Part shown: positions 26,491-40,960 of the stretch, piece by piece | Numbering within the stretch: the first letter of the stretch is position 1 | Layout of the letters: the number at the start of each line of letters is the position of its first letter | Source of the DNA: the human T2T-CHM13v2.0 reference genome, Homo sapiens | Strand: one strand, 5' to 3' | Length of the DNA: 64,000 nucleotides | Assembly: GCF_009914755.1 (NCBI RefSeq) | Contig: NC_060933.1 | Made by a program: the position numbers and the translations under genes | The notes under the pieces: model-generated | Databases searched by the model: none | The model's input: the letters and a program-made list of their open reading frames with translations, nothing else | Told to the model about the DNA's origin: nothing

Positions 26491-27833
26491 TTGATTTAAT
26501 AATAAAATACTAGCTTCCGGGTATTTTCTCTGAGTCACTATTTGATTATATATAAATTGTATTTTGAAATATTATCAAATTCACTTTTAAAGATTAAGTG
26601 AAACAACATATGTAAAAATACATAGCAAAAAGGACTTAATACAAGTTATTTTCCCTTTATAAGGAAAGAATATATCTTTGTAGGCATACGACTACAGAGT
26701 TCTTGACACTAGTGGTTATTTAATAAATATACAGTGTTAAAAATATAAAGAAATTAATGAATAGATTAAGTTTTATAGCACTATGGAAAGTACAGTTAAA
26801 GAATCTAGTTTTATTTGTGCCTATTCAGATTCTTGATAATTTTATTTCACCACTGTATATTTTTCATTTATTTTTAGCTTACTTTTATCTAATTCTATAT
26901 TATTTATTCCTTATATGTTTTCTACTTGTTCTAAGAAGAGAAAGTTGTTTGCTCATTTAGCTAGGCCATTTATATTAGTAGGCAGAATTCATTTTTTGTC
27001 AAGCTTTTATTAAAGGTAACATGACTCATTCCAATGAATTTCTTCATTTTTTATTTCTAATGTTAATTATCCAGTTCTCATACATTGCTAGAACCGTAAT
27101 TTTGGATGGAAATTAGGTAACTACTGGGTAGACAAAGAAGATTGTTATGCAATTTAATAGCTATGAAAATAAAAGTTTTTTATTATTTGTTTTTGGAAAT
27201 ACATGCCCTTGCAAATGACAGTAACTTTAGAACTAAAAATAGATATTATATCTTGTGTATATTACTTCAAAGTACATGTTTACCAAGCTCATCTAAAAAC
27301 ATTACAAGTTCTTTTTGAAAAAATACACCCAACAAATACAAGGAAAATTATTCTTTAAAGCTGAACTTATTTTTCTAATCTTGAAACTGAGGAAATATAA
27401 ATCTCTGCAATCAAACTGGTAATACTGAAATCAGCCTTTACTCCACATATTTGTTTTTTTATTCATGCAAAAATAAAATAATCCAAGATTATTAATAGCA
27501 ACCGATACAGATCAACGCCCATGTAATTCTCAGGTCTTTAGAAAACTGAACAAATGTTAAACGGATCAAGGCTCAGAACAACTGCCTCAACCTTGACTTT
27601 TTCCCCATGAGATCCAGATAGAAGTTCTCTCCACTAAAATGGACACAAACACACTTCTATTCAACTGATGCTGATGGAGTTATAAGAGCCCATGACAAAC
27701 AAGAGTCACTCTGATTTGAATTAAGCAGCTTAAGAATTTTATACTACACTTGGATTAATAGTTTTAGTTAATAGTATTTCAGTGAGCAACTAAAAATCAC
27801 CTTTAAGAAACTGCTCTTAAAAATCTCACAAGG

Positions 27834-28143
<310 letters not shown>

Positions 28144-31100
28144 TCACATTGGCTCCAAAGGCTGAATAGGAATCTGTAAGAGCAACAGCATGTTTCTAAT
28201 AAAAGGGGAAGCGCTATACTAAAAGTAGGATGCCATAAAATAAACTCTGGTTAGTACAGTCAACTGGTGGAGTTCCTTTGAAACTTTATTCAAGAGCCCA
28301 ATTTACTATATAATGTAATCAACTTTGTTAGTAAATATTTTATAAGGAAAACAAATATACATGCATTTTGTGCTATGGAATCCAGGTACCACAGCTTTAT
28401 CTGCTCCTAACTTTAGATTAGAAAAGGAAGCTGCTACTATAATATCACTAGTAGAAAATATTTATTTGTAGGGAAGAGGAGCAGAGGGGAAAGCAAAAAT
28501 TCTGAGATAGAAAAGATGAAAGAAGTGTTGATGTTACTGTCTCCTCTAGTACAAAAATCCACATCTTCAGAGTTAACACCTCAGACTCTACAGTCCCACT
28601 GACTGGGCCATTCACCCCATTCCACATGCCATTTCCTAATGACATAAATTCCTTCAAACCTAATTCCTCAGCAACAAAAGAGCAATAGTAATAATGTCAT
28701 GTGCTTTGGAGAATATTAGATGAGACAATACACATAAAGCATTTATCATAGGGACTTGCATACAATATTTTTTTCTTTTTATTATTATTCTGATTTCATT
28801 GTGAGAAAAAATAATGGATAATTTGCCAACATTGTGTTTCCACAGAAAGAAGAAATAATGCCCTTAAGGTTTTCACATTGCTCTTTTCTTGGCACAAAAT
28901 GATGTGTTCTTATTCCTTGGAGCTAGGAATATGATGATCTTTTTCTTCTATAAATTTAAAATCTCCAGAACATATTTAACTCTAGAAAATAAATTTTTTA
29001 AAGTAGGGGTGTTTGTCATTTATGTACATGAATGATAGATCTCTACTTTTCTAGTCATTTTTAAAAAATTACTGTCTTTCTCCTATGTGATATTGTTGCT
29101 AATAATCATGAACTATACTGACTACAATTCTCTCCCACAAGTTTCCAGGGATCAGAGTTTAGCAGAAATAAATATGTGACCTAGATATTTTTCATTATAT
29201 TCTTTTAGAAAACTGTGAGGGTTTTCCTTTTTTTTTTTTTTACAATAATCTAAAAATAAATGAGGAAAAAAAGAAGAAAATGAAAATCAATCTCCTCTAA
29301 AAGAAACATTTAATTACTATTTTATTGGAATAATTTACTGTAAAAAGGAATTAACAGAGTAATATTTAGTACAAAATTAGCTTTTATAAAATTATAAACT
29401 TTTAAAACTCTGAAACAATGCAAGGTATGTTACTGTCAATAATGCTATGTTTGTGTTTCCTTTTTTGAAAAAATGACAGTTTATTCTGGAGTAAATAGCT
29501 TACAGTGCCATCTCAAGAAAGCTAAGAGCATAGAAGAATTCATCTCCGTGATGTTAAAAACTAAAATGAAAACAAACAAAAAAACACCCACCTTCATTAA
29601 GGAACCATGACAGCATGAAAAAAGCAGAAGCAACTGTGATTATAAACTAGGGATCTGGAAGCTTTCTTACCATAACATTCCAGGAGAAGTGATAGCAACA
29701 AAAATTATACAGGGAATACTAAAGTAGCCCTTAGAATTAAAGCTTTGCTCTTGTTTTATCTACTGCTACTATAGATTGCTCTGGGCACATACACACTGAA
29801 ATAATATGGTATACAATGAGTTAACTACTATAAAACATCTGTGTATACTCTTCACTATAAGAGGTTAATTGTAAAACCACAACACAGCCCTTGAGATGTA
29901 ACTCAAAGCCCATGAAGAATTTTCAAGAGAGAAAAAAGCCCCATTAGACTTTTCACAATACACTGAGCAAGTGAAAATGTATCTGGCTTTTATGTGCATC
30001 CCTAAGAACTGACAAGTTATATAGTAGTGTAGTTTCAACAATATTGGGATTTTAGTTACCTCTAAATTCATATTATAGCAGTCAATCAACTCTTTGCTTT
30101 AGGCAAGAAAATAAGATAAAACAAATGGTTTTCATTTAAATCTGGGTTTCTTACCTATTCCTAAACAAGAAACAGTAGATAAATGTATTTTGGTACATGA
30201 TTACATCTCATTTGTGCATATAGATGGAGTATCAATAAATAAGGCTAAAATTCTTGCACAGTTTTTATGCCACTATGTTTCTTCTGATAACTTCCAAGAC
30301 TGAAGTACATGAAAAAGTTATTTGTGTCTTTGGAAGGTAACATTTCATTACTAACGTAATACTTTATAAAATGCTAGCCTTCTTAGACAGGTCTTTGAGT
30401 ATCAATTTCACATGATACTTCTACTACAATGTTGTAGGAAATTCACTCATCCATATTTTCTTACACTTCCCAAATTATTACCTGAGAATAAACCAAATAT
30501 ATTCACTCTTTCAGGAGGGTAAGGTATCACTTAATGTACCTTAGATCTAAATATTAAGCCCAAAATTTCAAATTTTCCTTCTTCCTAGAATCTATGATTT
30601 ATTCTAGAATGAAACAAAGGCAGAATAAACAATAATAGTAATAACTTACGCAAGCAAAGTAATCTATTTAGACATTCCCATTGGTTGGCTATGATCTCAT
30701 AAGATCATAGAAAAATTAAGAACTAAATTGCATATAATCTCCAACATCCCCACCTACACAAAAGTTAAAAAAAAGAATTCTACTCAAGAAATATTCAGTT
30801 TAAAATGCCACAAAATGTCATTGAGCGTATGATATTTACCATTCCATGAAGCTAAATGAATAACAGTGCCTTTCCAATATATTTTCACAATTAGTGGACA
30901 GCAGTTGAGGAGAAAGACTCATAAATAAATAATTACAATAAGATTTGATATGTTCAACTACATAAGTACGGTGTTCTACACATATAAAAACACTGTTCTG
31001 TATAGTCAACCTCTCTAGTCAACACAATGAACTCTGATAGAGAATGCCAAGAACAACTAAAGATGAGCAGGCATCATTCTGAAAACATGTGAGAAACAAA

Positions 31101-31731
31101 ATATATTAACTCCAACTTTATAGTTACTTTTAGTGCTTAAAGGTATGGAAAGTCAAGAGTAAACTGAAGACAGATTGTGGCATATGAATCTCACACACTG
31201 CAATTTCCATTAGGCCTAGATGTAGTAAGACATTGCATATGGGAAAACCTAAAAAATAATATCAGACTAAAAAAACTCTATTTTACTTTCAAAGATATAA
31301 GTGGACAAGTAAGTACTCATTTAAATCTACCAGTAATGTGACACTGTCTCCTTTTTTTTCTCCTTTGAAGTCAATAAGCAGTTTTTTGGCTCCATGAAAA
31401 CAATAATATCTCGGCTTGTATAATACAATAATTCCCTCCATTTTCCCAATTTAAATCCATAAGCAAGCTCAAATTTTGAATATGCGGTAATCTTTGACTC
31501 CTCATGAAACATTATTTTGACCTCCTCATGAAACAGTACTATACACTTACTCCCCTACAATAATATACTATGTTTTCTAAGCTTTAAAACATACAGAATG
31601 TGTATAAAAAAATATACCAGACTATATACCAGGCTATATCTATATACTTTGTTCCCTACATGATTCAGATGCAACTTTCTGGATTCATCTGGATTAATTT
31701 TAAAAATTGTTTATAAGATTAAGAGATTCTA

Positions 31732-32044
31732 GGCTGGGCATGGTGGCTCATGCCTATACTCCCAGAACTTTGGGAGGCCAAGGTGGGCAAATTGTTTAAG
31801 CTCGAGTTCAAGACCAGCCAGGGCAACACAGCAAAACCCTGACACTACACAAAGTAAAAAAAAACAAAAAAAAAACAAATGGAGGGAATGGTGATTCATG
31901 CCTGTAGTCCCAGCTACTTGGGAGGCTGGGATGAGAGGACTGCATGAGCCCAGGAGGTCAAGGCTACAGCGAGCTGAGATCCTGTCACTGCACTCCAGCC
32001 AGGGTGACAGAGCAAGACCCTGTCTCAAAAAAATAAAAATAAAA
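31732..32044 (+). mobile_element. AluJ
   Basis: J features gagcccaggaggtcaaggctacag and gcaagaccctgtctc. TSD aagattaagagattct / aagattaggagatcct (14/16). Confidence 0.93.
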
Positions 32045-32192
32045 AAGATTAGGAGATCCTTTATTCCTTCTATAACTTTAGTGATACTCATTCTATTAAT
32101 AACTAAATGAGAACAAGCAACTGAAAAAGATTTTGGAGGACAGACTCTTCAGCAGACTGGAGAAAAGGTCTGAGTAGAACATAAAATAATAT

Positions 32193-32240
32193 GCTCTCAA
32201 GTCAATTTTCTCCAAAGCTCTCAAGTCAATTTTCTCCAAA
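32193..32240. repeat. Perfect 24-bp tandem duplication
   Basis: GCTCTCAAGTCAATTTTCTCCAAA twice. Confidence 0.97.
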
Positions 32241-32395
32241 GCATCTCAGAATTATTCTCTTGACATTCATCTCTATTGTGGAAGAAGGGAGAAAAGAACC
32301 CGGCAGTGGGTTATACTACAACTCTCTAAGGTCTTACTCAGCCATTACCACATTTTTCCCACTCAGCCTTTATTTTAGTTACTCAAGGAGATACG

Positions 32396-32520
32396 TCTGT
32401 GTGTGCAAGTGTGTGTTTGTGTCTGTGTGTATATGTGTGTGTATGAGAGAGAGAGAGAGAAAGAGAGAGCAAGAGAGAGAAAGGCAGGCAGACAGAAACA
32501 AAGAGACACACACATACAGA
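32396..32520. repeat. Compound imperfect (TG)n-(AG)n microsatellite
   Basis: Directly visible in the sequence. Confidence 0.9.
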
Positions 32521-33245
32521 ATATCCTAAACCCTTATCCCTCTGAATTCTAAGAGCATCCCATGTCCTCATTTCTTTTGAGCCCTGCAGTTACACCTAAA
32601 TGTTACTAAGAGTTATGAAAGAGAAGCCTTCATAGATTTATCCAGCCTCAGTGCCTAACTCTTTATTTTCCTCCTAGCAGCTCTCTCAGAGCTCAAATCA
32701 TCACATGGGCTTGTTCGACTCTGAGCTAGAGTCCCCTTCTTGGAGCCATCCATAAATGGCTCCATACTCTCCTGCACTATACTCAAATCTCAGGGCTACT
32801 GATTCATACTGAAGATGGAGTTATCTGAGCTACACAAAAAAGATGGACTGGAACCCTAAGCATCAGGAATGGGCAGAACCAAAATAAATAGGTTGGCACT
32901 AGTGTATTTCAGCAAATTCTCTTCCTGACCTACTCTCCCATAAACTCTACAATTCCTCACGGTTACCTACTTACTAAGCTCACCTTCCAAAGTAGGTATT
33001 CTAGGTAGATTATTCCCACTCATTCTCATCCCATCTCATGATCTTCAGGCTTGCTTCATTAGAGAGCAATCTACAATGACATACTAATCAAGTTTAATCT
33101 ATTGAAGCTGTTGATTAAGAAGTTATACAAGTTTCCTAAGACATTATAAAACTCCTAAAAGCATAACTTATCATGAAACTTTCAGTCACCTTCACAAGCT
33201 GATGTGATAAATTAATACCAAGTAACATTTTAAGAGTACTTTGTG

Positions 33246-33516
33246 GGCCAGGTGCGGTGGCTCATGCCTGTAATCCCAGCATTTTGGGAGGCTGAGGCAG
33301 GCAGATCACCTGAGGTCAGGAGTTCGAGACAAGCCTAGCCAACACGGGGAAACCCTGTCTCTACTAAAAAATACAAAAATTAGCAGGGTATGGTGGTGGG
33401 CGCCAGTAATCCCAGCTACTCCGGAAGCAGAGACAAGAGAATCGCTTGAACCCAGGAGGCAGAAGTTGCAGTGAGCCAAGATCACTGCACTCCAGCCTGG
33501 GCCAAAAAAAAAAAAA
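33246..33516 (+). mobile_element. AluS lacking its last ~20 nt
   Basis: TSD AAGAGTACTTTGTG at 33232-33245 and 33517-33530. Poly(A) follows cctgggcc directly. Confidence 0.95.
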
Positions 33517-33721
33517 AAGAGTACTTTGTGAATCATGAAACTTTCTCATTCAATAGTTCAGAAATTTCACAACCACCTAACATGTAGGGTTTACTATTAC
33601 TCTCCTTTTAAAAATGAAGAATCCCACTTAAAATATTTGTTTCACTTACAATTGTTTACAAATTATTTGGTTTCCAATTCTAGAGAAAGTAAATAATAGA
33701 ATCTGGTGTTGAATTTAGATG

Positions 33722-33910
33722 AATAGTTTTCAATCTTTATAGTATATCAGAATCACCTAAACAGTTTATTCAAACTCAGATTGCTGGGCCCCCACCTCTA
33801 GAGTTCCTGCTTCAGTAGGGAGGAGATGAAGCTAAGGCAATTGCATTTCAAACAAGTTTCCAGATCTTGCAGATACTGCTGATCCAGAAACCATGCTTTG
33901 AGCACCATTG
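33722..33910. mobile_element. MER5A-like hAT-Charlie MITE
   Basis: atcagaatcacct...cagattgctgggccccac...ttgcatttcaaacaagtttccag...tttgagcaccattg. Confidence 0.8.
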
Positions 33911-33949
33911 ACCGAAGTCTAACACCAGACCCAATATACTTTCCACTGC

Positions 33950-34180
33950 AGCAATGAAGCATAACTAGTTAAGGTTGTTTCTGAAGTGACAACACTTGGG
34001 TCAAATGTTGGTTCCACCATTTACTAGCTGTGGCAAGTTATTTAACACTTCTTTTTGTTCCTTGGTTTACTGATCAATTAAAGGGGGGCAATAATAACTA
34101 TTTCAGAGTGTTTGTGAAAATTGAGATAACATATTTGAAATGGTCTAAAATTAATAAGTGACCATTAAATATTATCTTTT
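33950..34180 (+). mobile_element. MIR
   Basis: ttccaccatttactagctgtggcaagttatttaac core. Confidence 0.65.
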
Positions 34181-34449
34181 TCTCATAGTATTAGAGTATT
34201 AGAGAATTGCTTTATCCTGCTCAAGTTTCTCTAAATTAGGCCAACATTCCAATGGTAACATTTGATTATAAACCAGAGAGAATGTTACGATTGCAGAAGA
34301 AGTTATAAAGTTACATATAGATTTGATTATTTAAATATCAAACTAATGCTAAGGGACAGATATATATTTGATTTTTCTCCTAAAGAATAGAGATAATTTG
34401 ACAAATGTTGATAGTTTTATAACACAGATTCTTTGAAGAAAAATTAAGC

Positions 34450-35086
34450 TATAAGGTATATGGGTGTGCTTTGGTCAAGATTATGCCGAGGCAGACATCC
34501 AGGCCTGCATGACTCAGTGAGTTTAAGGTGCCAGGCGCATACTCCACTTGTTATATAACCTGTTTGTGTAAGTTCACACTAGTCTCTGAGCCACTATTGT
34601 CTGCAGAAGGTATAAATGCCCTGCTGATGTTGTGCACAGGGCTCAGTTCAGCATGGCTCGGGCTGGCGCCCAAAGAAAGAGAGAGAACCAGCTTTGTCTG
34701 TCTTACAGATGGACAGAGAGGAGCCAGGGCACAACAGGGCTCAACATGCTCACACTCATGCCCAGAGGGAAAGAGTTAAGCTGCTGACCATGAAGGCAAG
34801 GGAGAGACAGCTGTGCAGCTGCAGGTGTGGGGACCACAGGAGGCACAAAGCAGGCTGCCGAGAGGAGGCGCAGAGCCACAGCAAACAGCCATGATAAAGG
34901 TAGACAGTGTGAGGGAGCTAGTGTGAAAAAGCTGCTGCTGAGAGAGCTGCTGAATAAAACCATATTCACCTGCCCACAGCCCCTGGGTGTTCTTTCAGCT
35001 ATCACCCATCCACCCACTCCCCTTGGACCTCAGCTGAGGCTGGAACCTGATCCCAAGCAGGCATAGTCATAGCCCTGAACCTGACA
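34450..35086 (+). mobile_element. LTR18-like (HERVL18/ERVL) solo LTR
   Basis: Starts tataaggtatatgggtgtgctttggtcaag and ends gaacctgaca. Perfect 5-bp TSD TAAGC (34445-34449, 35087-35091). TATAAA at 34611, AATAAA at 34953. Confidence 0.85.
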
Positions 35087-35201
35087 TAAGCTTATTAACT
35101 TCCACTCAATTTTAACTAGGTAAAGCAAGTATATCTGCACCCCTAGTATCCTATGAATGTCTCAAAATTTTCCTGTAGATAAATAAGTGTGTTGGAATTC
35201 T

Positions 35202-35383
35202 TAGTGATTCTCAAACATTGGTGTACATCAGAAACACCTGGAGGGCCTTGATAGTTTGCTGGGCTGCCCCTTCAGCATTTCTGATTCAATAGGTAGGAGG
35301 TAGAGCCTGATAATTTGCATTTCTAACAATCTACCAGATGATGCCTATACTGCTGATCTAGGAATAACACTTTAAAACCACTC
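35202..35383. mobile_element. MER5A-like MITE
   Basis: agtgattctcaaac...catcagaaacacctggaggg...aatttgcatttctaacaa...cactttaaaaccact. Confidence 0.8.
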
Positions 35384-35522
35384 CCTTATGGTGAAGGATA
35401 CTAATCATAGAAAACTAGATAACTCAAAGAAAACAGTTCCTGTGTAACAAGCCACTATATAGTAACAATAAAAACTATAAGGGTTTTACTTTCTTGAATA
35501 TATACCATATTAGTGCTATTGA

Positions 35523-35891
<369 letters not shown>

Positions 35892-37484
35892 TGAGATGTG
35901 ATTTTAATAGCATAAAAAGATAACCATTCATCCACATAATGTGAAGAATACAAAGAAAGAAATTCATATAGAAATCCTTTGTGATTAATATAAAAATGAA
36001 TATATTTCAATAGACAGTTACCAAGGAAGCCACTTTATGAATTCATGTTTGAATATATCAATGTTTGCAGTTAAAATAAAAATCAATAACCTTCTGTAAT
36101 AGGTTATAAACTTCAGAGAAAGGACAGCATCTTATTTAACTTTACAGGTAACACTTGCCCAAGCACATGGAGAGCACAGTATATGTTCATCAAATGAATA
36201 GTCATGAAAGGCACAATAGATGAATAAATATAAGAATGAAGTAATGAATCAATGGATATGAAAGGGACATTTGGACAGAATAGCCAAGTCATTAAACATT
36301 CTTCCAGAAATGGATGGTGTATATAAAAAAAGAAGCTAATGTATAATATGAATCAAACTAAATATTGTTTGTGATTTGGATAAACATCCATTATAAAATA
36401 ATTAATATAAAATAGAATTATGTTCAATTTTAATATCAAATCAAATCAAAATGTAGAATTATTAAAAGTGCAGCTGGAGAAAAAAATACTCCTACTATTT
36501 TTCTACTTGAAACTAGCAGCAAACAGACTATTCCAAAGAATTTTACCCCAAAGATTATTTCACTGCACCTTGGGTTTCATAATTGCCTTCTTACAAAAAG
36601 AAAATGTCTGGTTTCACTGTTCTTACAGACTCTATCAAAGAGACAGAGAAAGAGAGAAAGCATAAGAGAAAGAGAGACTGAACATTACACATTATCTAAA
36701 TTTTATTTCCCCCTCAGTATAAAACACAAAGAACTTGTGACGGCATAAATCATTCTTAAGCTTTGCTTTAAAGTTTTAATATATCTTGAAGTCATGAATA
36801 TCAAAACTACATCTTAACACTAACTAGAATACTCATCATGCCAAAATGTCATCTTTGCCAGAAAACTGCTGAGGATGTAGCTCAGATCAAAATCAAACTG
36901 AAATCAATACTGACATCAGAAATGTCTGATGTATTATTTTTCAACTGTTCTAAAATAGGGTTTACAGAAAAGTTCTAATTCTCCCGTTTACTCCAGTTAA
37001 CAAACTTTCAATATTAACTCTTCCTTTGATGCAAATCCTTTTATATAGGTTCCAGTCTTAAATAATTTTAGTCTTCTATGTGTACATGCAGTTGTTGATA
37101 TAGAAAAACAATGAGTAGGAAAAAGAGATTAGAGTCTAATAATACACAGGAAACATGAAACATGCTCATGATTGATTCTCATGATTTCTACTATATCCTA
37201 GGAAAGGTCCTTTCTAGGTATAAGGAAAGCTTCAAAAAAATGATGGCATCAAAAAGTATTTATCCATTTCTTCACACATAGTAGACATATACTCTGGCTT
37301 CTAATGTATTAATACAGAAGAAGGTTCTAAGCCATAAGACTATGAAAATCCCCATTGAGAAGACAGCCATGTAAATACATACACAATGATTCAGGATTAC
37401 AAATGCAACACTTTCATTTCTGAGTCAAAACACTTCTCCAGAAGACTTTGTTTGGAAACCTTAAAATAATAGATTTTTTAATAG

Positions 37485-38028
37485 TAAGTCATAGTTTCCA
37501 AAGGTGAATGCAACAGTACCTCCCATCTTACATGTTACTCTAGAACGCTGTTAACTGCTAATCAAAGGAGGGAGTCTATTTCCCCACCTGGTGTACTTAA
37601 GTGGGCCTTTGTGACTACCTCACCCAACAAAGTATGGATTAAGTGATGCTATGTGATTTCCATGTCTAGGTCACAAAAACACCATACACTTACACTTTGT
37701 TTTCTTAGTATGCTACTGAAAGGAAACCACCATGCTGTGAGGGAACCTAAGCAGTTGATGAAGGGGCCTACATGGAGGAAAAAAAAAAAAGGGGGCCTCT
37801 CACCCACAACCCTAGCTGAGCTTCCAGCCAATATTCAGTCATAATGTGTCAATCATGTGAGTGAGTTATCATAAAGTGGATTATCCACCCCTTACCTTAG
37901 TTACCGCAGCCGAGGTAAACCATTCTGCCAAATACTGCCTAAATAGAAGATTCGTGAGCAACACAAGTAATTGTTCTTCTAAGCTACTAAGTGGGGATAG
38001 TATCTGATGCCGTAGTAGATAACATACA
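37485..38028 (+). mobile_element. MaLR solo LTR (MLT1G/H-like)
   Basis: gagtctatttcccc...ctttgtgact...caccatgctgtgagggaacctaagc, ending taagctactaagt...agataacataca. Confidence 0.7.
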
Positions 38029-38929
38029 AATCTCTAGTCATTGTCCTGCTCTACAAGCATGAAATAAAATAATGAGGACACAGCAATATAAATATGAATT
38101 GGTGTTTGTTTTGAAATAAGCATTTCTCTCACCTGGTGAGTTATTTTCATAACTCAAAATCATACGATGTTATCAATTAATGAAGGGATACTACTTGAAA
38201 CATATTAGTTGTAAAGTAGAAGTCAACAGAATTTAAATGACCTGCAGTTGGGTGGGGGGTTGGGGGTAACAATAATAAAAACGTAATTACGCAGTGCAGA
38301 TTACAGACAACAAAATTAAGAAGCAGAATTTCTACAAATATTAAAACTAGATAACCTGCCTCAGTCAATTTGTATAACACACATACACACACACACAAAC
38401 ACACACATTCATGTGCATATATATGCATATATGCACGTGTGTGTATATCTGCAAAGTATAAGAATTGAATGAAATAAGATTCCATAATTATCTTATTGCT
38501 GACACTAATAAGTGAATATGGCTACAGTTAACTCATTTATTCACTGATCTATTAACTATATAATAGTTATAGTAGGGTATTTTAATCAATATTATCTATT
38601 GCAAACCTAATTCAATACTACAACTGAGGTCAATATCTAATTCAGCCTCTTAGATTTTTGTTAGAAATTTTAAGAAAATGAAAATCTCTTTTAACCTTCA
38701 AAACTTCTTTTGGTTATTACTATTACAGCAATGAAAAATAAAACGTTTATCCCATAGTTCAAAGAACTACTAAGAAAACATTTTTCAATTCTTGTATTAT
38801 ATTTCCCTTGTACTAATATTTGCTCTTAATGGGAAAACTTATATCTATATTTGGCATCTGTATCAATAGACATCAAATCTATATCTATATCTGGCTCCTA
38901 AAATATTTTCCCAAACTTATTTCAATAAT

Positions 38930-39055
38930 TTTTAAATACACATTTATTGAGTAACTATTATGTCCCAGATACTGTTCTAAACATTGAGAATAATGACTCA
39001 AAGCACTGGAGATACGGCAGTGAAAAGAGCAAAGTGTCTGTTCTCATGGAGTCTC
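38930..39055 (-). mobile_element. L2 3' end
   Basis: catttattgagtaactattatgtcccagatactgttcta...ctgttctcatggag. Confidence 0.7.
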
Positions 39056-40960
39056 TGGGAAATCCAAAACCTTATGTTGGCTCTCTGTGGTAAGCTGGAT
39101 AACCCAGAATTGGCTATTTCCCCCATGGATTTGATACTGAACATAATTTAATGATCCAGCCATAACCTTAAACCTGAACATCACCAGAATTTTATATTGT
39201 CTCCTGAGCCTAGGATAAGCTATAATTGATTTTCTCTAAACAGTCCTAAGCACTCAGGCTTAACTTTTCAAGATTCATAACTACTAGGACTATAAAATAG
39301 GAGAAGAAACTTGAATTGCAGGAGAAAAAAAATCCTTTGTAAAATGGATCTACTCTTTTTATTGCATTAAGTATTTACAAAGAACTAAATTAAGTAACTG
39401 TGATTTACTGATGATTAAAGTTTAAAAAAACTGATCGGGCAAAAGAAAGGATGAAATGAAAAATCGTGCAAAGGAAAAAGCCAGTTTCTCATGTAATGGG
39501 AGATGTCCTTTCTGTTGGATCTTTGAAGTCTGATTTTCTTCACAAGAATCCATCAAGGTTCATTTTATATTTTAAAAGTTCTATATTATCTAACTCCAAA
39601 GTCAGTGATAGGATCCATTTCTCCAGGAAATAAATAAAATTGTGTATACTTAGTGTATGTGTCTGTGTGTGTACATATGTATATCAAGTAATACGTTTAA
39701 TAATTACATATACATATAATCAATTTATTTCATCATTGCTCTTATAACATTCAAATAGAGCTAGGAATTTGGGATCAACTGCAGTGTCAAATTTTAAGGG
39801 TAACACGAATTAGGCAAGTAGACGTTTAGAATAAATAAATGATTCTCTTATGTGGTTATTTAAAAATTCCACTTTTTATATACTTTTCTTTTTCTCCTCT
39901 TCTCAAAAAATTCCATTTTTTAAAGGTGGATGTGATCTTAGTTATTCTGTTATTTCAGAAGTTGCAATTTGGATCCCCATTGGCTACATTCAACTCCTAC
40001 ACGTTTTACTTAAGCCAGAATATTTAGGTGGGTAAGCAAGTAGGTGTGCATAGAGGTATATAGAGAGAAAGACAGAAACCATCTTGGACAGAACACGAAC
40101 TCTCCAGTTATAGAGTCTCAGCCATTCCTCATTCACTTTGCCCCCAATAGGCATTTGAGTTTATGACCCTGTCTAGTCAGCTCATCATCTTACAGATGAA
40201 AAACTAGTCTGAGAAGATAACTATCCAAGGCACAGACACACAAGGTTCTTGTTATTACTCTGTAAGTGGTATTTTAGAAAATGTTAATATATTAATGGAT
40301 ATTTTAATCACTAGTTCTAATTTATACTGCAATCTGGAATTTCCAGTCCAAAGTATGTTTGATAAACTGAAATGTTTTATAAACTCCTTACATAACTTCA
40401 GCTATTCTCTCCAATTTGTTGAACTCTTAAAAATCCATTCACATGAGCCATTTCTAAATTTATTATAGGTACCTTAAAATCATTTATAAACTTGTCAGCA
40501 CCTCAAAATTCATTTAGATGCTCATATTACTGAACGCTCTTTCTTATAATCATGAAATGGATAAAATACTAAAAATATAAGCAGGCAGAGAGAATTCCCA
40601 AAAGATAGATAGATATGAGAAAGAGGGCTCACTTTATTTTTAATAAGAGGTTTTAGAAGGTGTCTTACTAAATTAGCGAAATTTTTATTTATAAAACTAA
40701 TTGCTTGATTCCTTGCAAATAAAGAAATCCAAAATATACATTGTAAACAATAATTATTTATTTTGTATAGTATAAACAAATAATTGAAGTTGGATTTTAT
40801 TCTTCATCACTTTTCAGATATTCAAGAACAGGCCATAAAACATCAAAGGAATTATAATTTAACATCTCTGAAAATCAGTATGTCTACTGAATAAGAATGC
40901 TTTGAATAAAATCAAATAACTTTAACATAATAAGTATCTGTGAAAAGAATCTTTTATTAC

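Noticed and set aside
36911-36935. Small hairpin acatcaga-aatg-tctgatgt
   Set aside because: An 8-bp stem is expected by chance in 64 kb.
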